A stretch of 15,532 bases of DNA from Candidatus Geohabitans tengchongensis (GCA_031459625.1 JAVKIH010000001.1:339302-354833); one strand, 5' to 3'; positions 1 to 7,049 are shown, counted from the first letter of the stretch. The notes: generated by a model not told the origin, from the sequence alone. Made by a program: numbers and translations.

Positions 1-326
1 ATCTCGTGCCAGATCAGGATCTGGAGCGGGTAGGCTCGGGCCTCGCTCCTCCACTGGAAGAGGACGACGGGTTCCCGGGCCTTGAGCCACCGGTCCCCTG
101 CGGCCACCGTGTCGAACTTCGGGGCGTCGATGGCCGGGATGCCGTCCTTGGGCGGTCCGCCGGAGATGATCTCCTCCAGCGGGACGCTGTGTTTGGCGAA
201 GTTCGTCTTCCACTCGGCAGTCGAGAAGGGCACAGGCTTCTCGTGTCCGGCCTGCATGAACATCGGGGGCCATAGCGCGAGCGCCAGCACCGCCAGCAGC
301 ACGGTCACCACGAGTAGCTGTCGCAC
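1..326 (-). CDS. DUF3179 domain-containing protein, N-terminal part (runs off the left edge)
   Basis: Not in the ORF track. Read manually from GTG at 326 (AGGAGG at 342-337): VRQLLVVTVLLAVLALALWPPMFMQAGHEKPVPFSTAEWKTNFAKHSVPLEEIISGGPPKDGIPAIDAPKF...EARAYPLQILIWHE. The GGPPKDGIPAID and ARAYPLQILIWHEI motifs are typical of DUF3179. It has an N-terminal hydrophobic signal/anchor. Confidence 0.88.
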   Translation of the reverse strand, partial: MRQLLVVTVLLAVLALALWPPMFMQAGHEKPVPFSTAEWKTNFAKHSVPLEEIISGGPPKDGIPAIDAPKFDTVAAGDRWLKAREPVVLFQWRSEARAYPLQILIWHE

Positions 327-420
327 GGCGACCCATCCTCCTTCCACGAGACCCGGCGGGGCGAGACCCGGCTGGGACCCACCGCGTCCGGCTTGCACCC
401 GGCGGCCCGCCGCTGGCGCG

Positions 421-1098
421 TCAGCCGTGCCTCTCTCGGCCGATGATGGCGTCGGCCACCTCCTCCAGGTCGCGGCCGACGACCTCCGGGGGTTCGTGGA
501 CCGGATCGAGGACCATGCCCGGGCGGGCCACGAAGGCGGCCCGGCAGCCGGCCTGCATCGCCCCCACCACGTCCCACGCGTGCGCCGCCACCAGCCACGT
601 CGCCCCCGCGGCCACGCCGAAGCGCTCGGCGGCCAGGCGGTAGGGTTCGGGCGCCGGCTTCAGCCGTCTGACCTCGTCCGCGGAGACCACGTGTTCGAAC
701 AGGTCGGCCAGCCCGGCGTTGGCGACCTGGGCTTCCGCGACGGCCCTGGTGGAATTGGTCAGCGTCCCCAGCCGGAAGCCGGCCGCGCGCAGCCGCTCGA
801 GGCTCGCCCGTATGTCCGGATGGGGCGGGAGCTCCAGGATGGCCCTGAGGATGCGCATGCGGTCATCCTCGGTCAATGGCCGCCCCAGTCGTGCCGCCAC
901 CATGTCCAGCGCCCCGCGGGCGATCGTCCCGAAGTCGACGTACCTGCCCACCACGACGGTGACCAGGAAACTCTGGACCAGCTGCTGGAACCACTGGCGT
1001 CGGACGGCGGCGTCCCCGAAGACGCGTTCGAAGAGCGGGTCGAGCGCCCGCAGGTCGAGCAAGGTCTCGTTCACGTCGAAGACCACGACGCGGGCCAC
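421..1098 (-). CDS. Haloacid dehalogenase type II-like HAD hydrolase
   Basis: Motifs VVFDVNETLLD, LTNS, KPAPEPY and LVAAHAWDVVGA; GTG start with a G/A-rich SD upstream. Confidence 0.92.
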   Translation of the reverse strand: MARVVVFDVNETLLDLRALDPLFERVFGDAAVRRQWFQQLVQSFLVTVVVGRYVDFGTIARGALDMVAARLGRPLTEDDRMRILRAILELPPHPDIRASLERLRAAGFRLGTLTNSTRAVAEAQVANAGLADLFEHVVSADEVRRLKPAPEPYRLAAERFGVAAGATWLVAAHAWDVVGAMQAGCRAAFVARPGMVLDPVHEPPEVVGRDLEEVADAIIGRERHG

Positions 1099-1141
1099 CC
1101 GCCCGCCCCCCTCCCAGGCTCAGCCTGTCCCTCCCTCCCAC

Positions 1142-1300
1142 TCAGTGGGAAGCGGCCTCGGCAGCCTTCAGGACGGCCTCCCGGGTCGTCTCCTGGCCGT
1201 GGGCCTGGCGTGTGTGGTCCTGGGCCTTCCGGACCAGCGTCTCTTCGTCGTCCGCGTGCACCACGTATCCGCATCCGCAGCTCCAGTGCATGTGTGGCAT
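1142..1300 (-). CDS. Small DUF1059-like predicted metal-binding protein (52 aa)
   Basis: MPHMHWSCGCGYVVHADDEETLVRKAQDHTRQAHG...; CxC-G(Y/F)...EE.L...H...H pattern. AGGAGGGG lies just upstream of ATG 1300. It is the 3' part of track ORF 1142..1687. Confidence 0.8.
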   Translation of the reverse strand: MPHMHWSCGCGYVVHADDEETLVRKAQDHTRQAHGQETTREAVLKAAEAASH

Positions 1301-1401
1301 GCTCACCCCTCCTGGTATGCCGTTCGGCTCCATCCGGTGACGAGGATCCCTACCGGAGCCTTTCCGCCGGCGGCGGGTCCGCCACGGGCGACCTACTACC
1401 C

Positions 1402-1473
1402 ACCTTAAAAGAGAGCTGCCTCCAGGCGATGTAAGGAGGGCCACACCCCGCCGGTATCGGGCTGTCCTAAGCT
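1402..1473. promoter_or_regulatory. Divergent promoter pair sharing one Crp/Fnr-type box
   Basis: TGTAA-GGAGGG-CCACA at 1430-1445; -10 candidates TAAGCT (+, 1468-1473) and TAAGGT (-, 1407-1402), with the first T of each 30.5 bp from the box centre. Confidence 0.65.
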
Positions 1474-1526
1474 TGGTGCAGGCGGGGGAACGCTCCGACG
1501 TGCCGTTGGGAGGGTGAGGCGGCCGG

Positions 1527-2153
1527 ATGGCCGGATGGACGCACTCGAGGAGCTCCAGGAGCCGGGTCCGCGCCCTGTGGGCTGGGGCGGTCGTCGCCCT
1601 GGTGGTCTTGCTCCTGGGGTGGTGGGGCAGCGGCGGGTTCGGCGCCCGACGCCCCCGGCAGCTTCCCCTCACAGCCCCGGCGACCACGCTCCCGTCGGCA
1701 CCAGACCTCGAGCTGAGCCTCTACCCGGGGCACCGGGTGGTCGGGAGCGAGCGGGTGCGCCTGTCGGCGCTGTGGGCGGATCGGCCGGTGATCGTGAACT
1801 TCCTGGCAGGGTTGTGCCCGCCCTGTCGGGCCGAGCTGCCGGCATTCCAGCGGCTGTACGTCTCCCGAGGCGGGGGCCAGCGCTTTCACCTGGTCGGCGT
1901 CGACATCGGTCCCTTCATCGGGCTGGGGTCGCAGGAGGACGGCCGGGCGCTGCTGCGCGAGCTCGGTGTCACCTTCCCTGCGGGCACGGTCTCCGACGCG
2001 CAGGCGGTGCGCCGCTACCAGATCGTCGGCATGCCCACGACGGTCTTCATCGCGCGGGGCGGGGGGATCTGGCGTCGGCACACCGGCCTGCTGACGGCCG
2101 GGCAGATGGAGGAGCTGCTCGCCGGCCTGCTGGAGGTCTCACGGGCCCCCTGA
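1527..2153 (+). CDS. TlpA/ResA-family membrane-anchored thiol:disulfide oxidoreductase
   Basis: N-terminal transmembrane segment, VIVNFLAGLCPPCRAELP (CxxC), cis-Pro motif GMPTTVFI. Confidence 0.9.
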   Translation: MAGWTHSRSSRSRVRALWAGAVVALVVLLLGWWGSGGFGARRPRQLPLTAPATTLPSAPDLELSLYPGHRVVGSERVRLSALWADRPVIVNFLAGLCPPCRAELPAFQRLYVSRGGGQRFHLVGVDIGPFIGLGSQEDGRALLRELGVTFPAGTVSDAQAVRRYQIVGMPTTVFIARGGGIWRRHTGLLTAGQMEELLAGLLEVSRAP

Positions 2154-3339
2154 GGCAGGAGGCGCGTCCCGTGGGCCCGCGGCGCGGGAGTGCGGCCTCC
2201 CTCCTGGGCGCACTGGTGGCGGTTACCGCCGTTCTGCTGGTGCTGCTGGCCCTCCGAAACACTGCCGAAACCAGGGTGGCGGACACCTCGGGATCGGTGA
2301 AGGTCACGCGTGGGACGACACGCAGATCCTCCACCGTAGCCGTTTCGGCCGTGGCGTTCATCCCGGCCAGGTGTCCCTCGTAGGCGGCGACGTGGGTGAA
2401 GCGGAGACGGCCAACCGCATCGCCTGCGGCCCAGATGTGGGGGAGGTTGGTGCGCAGGCTGGGGTCGGTGACCACGCCGCGCGGATCGACCTGCACGCCG
2501 GGACGGGAGAGCTCCAGCTCGTCGACGGCGGGGCGGCGTCCCACGGCCACCAGGATCTCCGCCGCCTCCACCACCTCGACCCGCTCTCCGACGCGCACGT
2601 GCAGCCGCCTGCGGCCGTCCTCACGGTCCGTGCGCAGCACCTGCGCGCCCGTCAGCACCCGCACGCCCGCGTCCTCCAGGAACTGCCGGAGCAGGACGGC
2701 GATCTCCGGATCCTCCCGAGGCAGGGGCTGCGGTTCCTGCTCGATCAGCACCACCGGGACCTCGAAGCCGGCGTAGATCTGCGCAAACTCCACCCCCACC
2801 GGTCCGCCGCCGATGATGGCCACGGAGGCCGGCAGCGTCGTGGCCCGCGAGGCCTCCAGGTTCGTCAGGAATCCGGTTTCCCGCAGGCCCGGGATGTCCG
2901 GCACGGCGGGCAGGCTGCCCGCGGCGATAACAAAGCGCCGGGCCGCCAGGCGCTCTCCGTCCACGTCCAGCGTGTACTCCGCCACGAAGCGCGCCGTGCC
3001 GCGGAGGACGGCAATTCCGGCCTGCTCGAACGCCATGGCGTACCGGCGCTCTTCCCCCGTGACCAGGTTGACCATGCGGTCCCGCCGCGCCGCCACTACC
3101 GACCAGTCGAAGCCGACATCGGCAACCCGGACACCGAACTCCCCGGCGCGCTTGACCATCCGGTACACCCGGGCGCAGCGCAGCATGGCCTTGGTAGGGA
3201 TGCAGGCGTAGTGCGGGCATTCACCGCCCAGGCGGTCGCGTTCCACGACGGCCACGCGCGCACCCGTTCGGGGTGCCGCGTAGGCCGCGCTGCTCCCGGC
3301 GGAGCCCGTGCCGATGACGATCAGGTCAAAGTGGCGCAA
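2047..3339 (-). pseudogene. Class I pyridine nucleotide-disulfide oxidoreductase (MerA/LpdA-like), lacking the C-terminal dimerisation domain
   Basis: GTGSAG FAD motif, GGECPHYACIPTK redox disulfide, GGGPVG NAD(P) motif, IWAAGD. Family-like sequence stops at VPRVTFTDPEV (nt about 2284), and the remaining tail is unrelated and overlaps tlpA by 107 bp. Confidence 0.8.
2171..2383 (+). pseudogene. 5' remnant of an exported/membrane protein gene, truncated near 2280
   Basis: AGGAGG at 2157-2162, GTG at 2171, and a signal-like sequence MGPRRGSAASLLGALVAVTAVLLVLLALRNTAETRVA. After about 2284 the DNA is the antisense of the reductase gene. Confidence 0.55.
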
Positions 3340-3483
3340 GGAGACGCTGCAGCCAGCGGATCTGCTCGTGGACCCTCACCAGCGAATGGCTGGCGCTGAG
3401 CCCGAGCGGGAGCAGCGCGACGTGCCGTTGTCCGGCCACCTCGCCCCCGGCCTGGTAGCCGCAGACCGGGCAGGTCTAGACCG

Positions 3484-3627
3484 TCACGAGCGCGGCTCCG
3501 TGCCGGCCTGTTTCATCGCCTCCTGGTGTCGGGGCTCGCTGGCGGCCTCCCGCAGGTGCCGCTGCTTCTCCTCCTCGTTTTGGGCCTGGAATCCACACAC
3601 GCTGCACTGCCAGTAGGGCTGGGCCAT
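3484..3627 (-). CDS. Small Cys2-His2 zinc-finger-like protein (47 aa)
   Basis: MAQPYWQCSVCGFQAQNEEEKQRHLREAASEPRHQEAMKQAGTEPRS; AGGAGGGAG upstream of ATG 3627; G/C-ending codons; own promoter candidate. Absent from the ORF track, whose shortest entries are 60 aa. Confidence 0.75.
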   Translation of the reverse strand: MAQPYWQCSVCGFQAQNEEEKQRHLREAASEPRHQEAMKQAGTEPRS

Positions 3628-3688
3628 CTCCGTCTCCCTCCTGCGGTGTCGTATCCCCGGCCGTCACGCGGTGGGGTCGTTGCTGTTC

Positions 3689-3731
3689 ACGGTAGGCGCC
3701 GCACGCCGCCGCGAATGTCATGGGGCTTACA
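3689..3731 (-). promoter_or_regulatory. Class II Crp/Fnr-type promoter for the 47-aa gene
   Basis: Box TGTCA-TGGGGC-TTACA at 3716-3731 (centre 3723.5); -10 TACCGT on the minus strand at 3694-3689, which places the box at -41.5. Confidence 0.65.
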
Positions 3732-3758
3732 GGGCGCTCCCTGCGGTCCTCGTTGCGC

Positions 3759-3809
3759 CTGTGGGATGGACCACAGTCAGTTCGCCCGAGAGGGCCTACA
3801 CTGGGCCCA
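3759..3809 (+). promoter_or_regulatory. Class II Crp/Fnr-type promoter for the DUF3179 selenoprotein gene
   Basis: Perfect inverted repeat CTGTGG-GATGGA-CCACAG at 3759-3776 (centre 3767.5); -10 TACACT at 3797-3802; predicted +1 is A3809, which places the box at -41.5. Confidence 0.7.
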
Positions 3810-3811
3810 CG

Positions 3812-4843
3812 ATGAGGCTGCCGACCAGCTGGCTCCTGGGACTCGTGGCCTTGGCGGTAGGGCTGGTACTCCTCGTCCGGCTGGGGGGCCGTCCCGCCCC
3901 CACGGGGTCGCCGCAGACTGCGCCTCACGGTTCCTCGCCGGACGAGGAGGCCGTCCTGGCCCGCATGCATCGGGTGCTGCCCCGCGACGCCATCCTCCCC
4001 ATCTACGACCCGACATTCCTGCCGGCGTCTCAGGCCCGGCTGCGCGATGACGAGCTGGTCCTCGGAGTGGCCTGGGGCGGAGGGGCCAAAGCCTACCCCA
4101 TCGCCGTGCTCAACACCCGGGAGATGGTGAACGACGAGCTCCGGGGGGTTCCTATCCTGGTCACCTGGTGACCACTTTGTTACACCGGTCTCGTGCATGA
4201 CCGGCGGATCCAGGGCAAGGCGATGGTCTTCGGCAACCAGGGGTGGCTCTACATGCGGGCCATGACCTGGTGGGACCACGGGACACGTTCCATCTGGTCG
4301 CAGCCGATCGGCCAGGCCCTCGTCGGCCCGCTCCGGGGGACAATGCTAGCGGTCCTACCCTCGGCCCTGGTACCCTGGGGCACCTGGCGCGCCGAGCACC
4401 CCGACACCCTGGTCCTGGCCGAGCGTGCAGGCCTGTTCGCCTTTCCGGAGCGCCCCCGGGATGACTTCGTGGTCGGCATCGCCCTCGGCGGGCACAGCAA
4501 GGCCTACCGGTACATCGATGCCGTCCGGCTGCGGGTGATCAACGATCGGGTAGGCCCCTTTCCCGTTCTGGTGGTTGCAGATCGCCGGGTCCGGCGCGTC
4601 CAGACGTTCTCACGGGCGACCACCAGGGGCACCCTGACCTTTGCCTTGCGGGGCGAGCACCTGGTGGATCGGGAGACGGAGACCGTCTGGGACCCGGTCC
4701 GCGGCTTGGCTCGGGAGGGCCCGCTGCGCGGGGAGGCGCTGCGTGTCATCCCGCACAGCTCCGCTTTCGATTGGGCCTGGCTCGACTTCTACCCCAACAG
4801 CCAGATCTACGTTCCTCCCCCGGGCTCGGGGGGATCCCACTAG
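3812..4843 (+). CDS. DUF3179 domain-containing selenoprotein (343 aa; Sec at codon 120, UxxC)
   Basis: Track ORFs 3671..4171 and 4193..4843 are in the same frame and are separated only by TGA 4169-4171. Readthrough gives AKAYPIAVLNTREMVNDELRGVPILVTW-U-PLCYTGLVHDR, which matches the DUF3179 VT(Y/W)CPLC motif. N-terminal transmembrane segment from ATG 3812. Confidence 0.9.
4172..4206 (+). promoter_or_regulatory. Putative bacterial SECIS element
   Basis: Stem CCGGTC (4185-4190)/GACCGG (4199-4204) with loop TCGTGCAT starting 20 nt after the UGA. Confidence 0.65.
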
Positions 4844-4971
4844 CCCCCCGGCCGGATCGCGTGTCGCGCCAGCTGCGGTCGCACCAGGCAGGTCCGGAAT
4901 GTCCCGTGACCGGTATCGGTTATCTTGGAGTCGAGGGGTGTCCCAGCGGACCCCTGCAGGGGGGATGGGCC

Positions 4972-5739
4972 ATACCGCCGCTCAAAGACAAGGCCTGGTA
5001 CCTGCGCGGGGCCTTCGTCTTCCGCGACCTCCCCGAGGCCGAGATGCGCCGGCTGGCCGAGCGCGCGTCGATGCGCACCTACGCCCGCGGGCGGGTCATC
5101 CTCCAGCCGGGCGAGCAATCGGCGATGGTCTTCCTCATCAAGGAGGGACGGGTGAAGCTCTCCACGACGTCCCCGGAGGGACGGGAGCAGATCCTGGCCC
5201 TGCTCGAGCCCGGGGACCTGTTTGGGGAGCGGGCGCTGCTCGGTGAACGGCATCCCCTGCAGGCCGAGGCCTTCGAGGACACGGTGGTCTGCGGGGTGCC
5301 CAAGGAGGACCTGGAGCAGCTCCTGCGCAGCAACTCCGAGATCGCCCTGCGGTTGATCCGCGTCCTGGCGGAGCGCCTGCGCCTGGCCGAGGAGGAGATC
5401 GAGAACCTGGTCTTCCGGGACGTCCCCGGGCGCCTGGCGGCGGTCCTGCTGCGACTGGGCGAGGAATACGGCGTGCGCGAAGACAGCCTGATCCGCCTGA
5501 CGCTCCGGCTCACGCACCAGGACCTGGCGAACATGGTAGGGGCCACCCGGGAGACCGTGACCACCATCCTCAGCCGGTTCAGGGGCGAGCGGCTGATCGA
5601 CGTCGACCGCCGTCAGATCGTGATCCGCGACCCCGAGGGCCTGCGGCGGCTCATGCGCCGCGGCGAACCTGTACGCGACCCGCCGGCGGCGCGTGGGCAG
5701 TGGCCGGGTGCAGCCGGGGCCCGTCCGAGCGGCGCGTGA
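4972..5739 (+). CDS. Crp/Fnr-family transcriptional regulator (start uncertain: ATA 4972 or GTG 4906)
   Basis: cNMP-binding fold (FLIKEGRVKL, GDLFGE) and HTH LTHQDLANMVGATRETVTTIL; family-like N-terminus DKAWYLRGAFVFRDL. Confidence 0.92.
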   Translation: MPPLKDKAWYLRGAFVFRDLPEAEMRRLAERASMRTYARGRVILQPGEQSAMVFLIKEGRVKLSTTSPEGREQILALLEPGDLFGERALLGERHPLQAEAFEDTVVCGVPKEDLEQLLRSNSEIALRLIRVLAERLRLAEEEIENLVFRDVPGRLAAVLLRLGEEYGVREDSLIRLTLRLTHQDLANMVGATRETVTTILSRFRGERLIDVDRRQIVIRDPEGLRRLMRRGEPVRDPPAARGQWPGAAGARPSGA

Positions 5740-5742
5740 CGC

Positions 5743-6345
5743 CTACACGAACGCCTCCGGCAACTGGAAGACCGTCAGACCTACCCCCATCGGCGGGATC
5801 TGGCGGAACGGCCCGGGAGTCCCGCCGGCCGCGAAGTCCGTGCCGGGGATGCTGAGGGTGTAGCCTTCCACCTCGCCGGTCTGGAGCCCCGCGGGTCCAA
5901 GGTTGCAGTAGATGGTCAGGACGGCGCCGCGGAAGACAGCTGCCGACGGGCGGAGCCGCTGGATGTCGACGACGAACTGGCCGACGCCGGCGGCTGCCCC
6001 GCCGTAGGTCCCGAGCTCCCGGAAGCTCACGAGCAACCTGGCCTTCCACGTCTCCGACCCCACCAGGGGGAACGGAGGAGTGGCGGCGGGCTGGAAGTGG
6101 AAGAAACTCCCGCCGCCCTCCACCGGCGAGGAAGGCCCCCTCGCCGGATCGAACACGCCGCGGCCTCCCATCGCGATCAGGTGCTGTCCCGCGCCGGTGC
6201 CCGCGGCGCTGACGGCCAGGAAGACGAAGGCCCGCTGGCTCTGCGCCAGTGCGGGCTGGGCGAAGGCGTCCACCAGCGCCGGCAGGGCCCCCAGGGCCAG
6301 TGAGCCCAGGCCGGCCTGCTTCAGGAATGCCCTCCGGTCGATCAT
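5743..6345 (-). CDS. Tat-exported protein of unknown function (200 aa)
   Basis: MIDRRAFLKQAGLGSLALGALPALVDAFAQPALA|Q has a twin-arginine RRxFLK motif and an ALA cleavage site; AGGGAGG 8 nt upstream of ATG 6345. Confidence 0.8.
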   Translation of the reverse strand: MIDRRAFLKQAGLGSLALGALPALVDAFAQPALAQSQRAFVFLAVSAAGTGAGQHLIAMGGRGVFDPARGPSSPVEGGGSFFHFQPAATPPFPLVGSETWKARLLVSFRELGTYGGAAAGVGQFVVDIQRLRPSAAVFRGAVLTIYCNLGPAGLQTGEVEGYTLSIPGTDFAAGGTPGPFRQIPPMGVGLTVFQLPEAFV

Positions 6346-6612
6346 CGTCATCGCCTCCCTCGGCGGGACGGGCGCCAGGCCTGCCGGTCGAGCGCTCACC
6401 CCGGGATGCTCGCTGGCGGACTTGCCTCACCGGTGCGATCTGCGGGCGCGCCGGAGCCTACGACAGAAGACCAGTCCGGAGGGCCTATTTATTGCGTGGT
6501 CCGTCGGTTGCGGTCGCCTGGACGCCGATCCAGGCCCCGGTCATGTACCTCGGCTGCCGGGGGGCCGGGGTGGAGGCGGGGAGGTCGGATCGGCCCAGGG
6601 AGCCGACCAGCG

Positions 6613-7029
6613 TCAGGCCGCTCCCAGGGCGGTCGCCGCCTTCGCGTAATCCTGCGGGGGCACCCAGATGAGCATGCCGTACCGGCCGGCGCCCGCGCCA
6701 AGCGCGGTGGCGGCGACGATGTTGATCCCGGCGTTGGCCAGCTTCCCCGCGTGCTCGGCGGCCGCACCCACGCGGTCCTCCCCCTCGATGAAGAACGCGC
6801 GCTTCGGGCCCACCAGGCTCAACCCGGCGGCCTGGGCTGCCTGCCGGAACGCGCCGATGTCGGCCGGCACGAGGTCGATCTGTGCCTGCCCGCCTCCCGT
6901 GGGAAACGCGTGGTAGGCCAGCAGCAGCACGCCGGCGTCGCGCAACGCCGACAGCACCCGGTAGCTCTCCCCGGGCCTGTCCGGCACGGTCACGTAGAAG
7001 TACTCCACCTGCCGTACCTGATCGGCCAT
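6613..7029 (-). CDS. Tandem ACT-domain-like protein (138 aa)
   Basis: Two ACT-like repeats (VPDRPGE...LRDAGV and GEDRVGA...LANAGINI); GGGAGG upstream of ATG 7029. Confidence 0.78.
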   Translation of the reverse strand: MADQVRQVEYFYVTVPDRPGESYRVLSALRDAGVLLLAYHAFPTGGGQAQIDLVPADIGAFRQAAQAAGLSLVGPKRAFFIEGEDRVGAAAEHAGKLANAGINIVAATALGAGAGRYGMLIWVPPQDYAKAATALGAA

Positions 7030-7049
7030 GTCCCGCCCTCCCGCTGACG

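Noticed and set aside
347..372. 11-bp direct repeat CGAGACCCGGC
   Set aside because: Two short GC-rich copies with no associated -10; plausible by chance.
82..1434. 450-aa plus-strand ORF and other long overlapping ORFs (e.g. 7028..8521, 13240..14568, 10237..11316, 2371..3399)
   Set aside because: They are antisense or off-frame shadows of recognisable genes, rich in Arg/Pro/Gly/Ala with no motifs, as expected in high-GC DNA.
2047..3339. Calling merA or lpdA
   Set aside because: The diagnostic C-terminus (vicinal Cys pair or HPTxxE) is missing, and no mer or dehydrogenase-complex genes are adjacent.
3484..3486. Sec readthrough at other TGA stops (47-aa gene, tlpA, DUF1059)
   Set aside because: None lies in a redox motif or is followed by family-like sequence.
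3671..4843. Treating the DUF3179 gene as two genes or as a nonsense pseudogene
   Set aside because: The stop falls exactly on the catalytic Cys position, the frame is continuous, and a SECIS-like hairpin follows.
4862..4915. Autoregulatory Crp box upstream of the regulator
   Set aside because: Only single half-sites (TGTCG, TGTCC) are present, with no TGT-N10-ACA at a canonical position.
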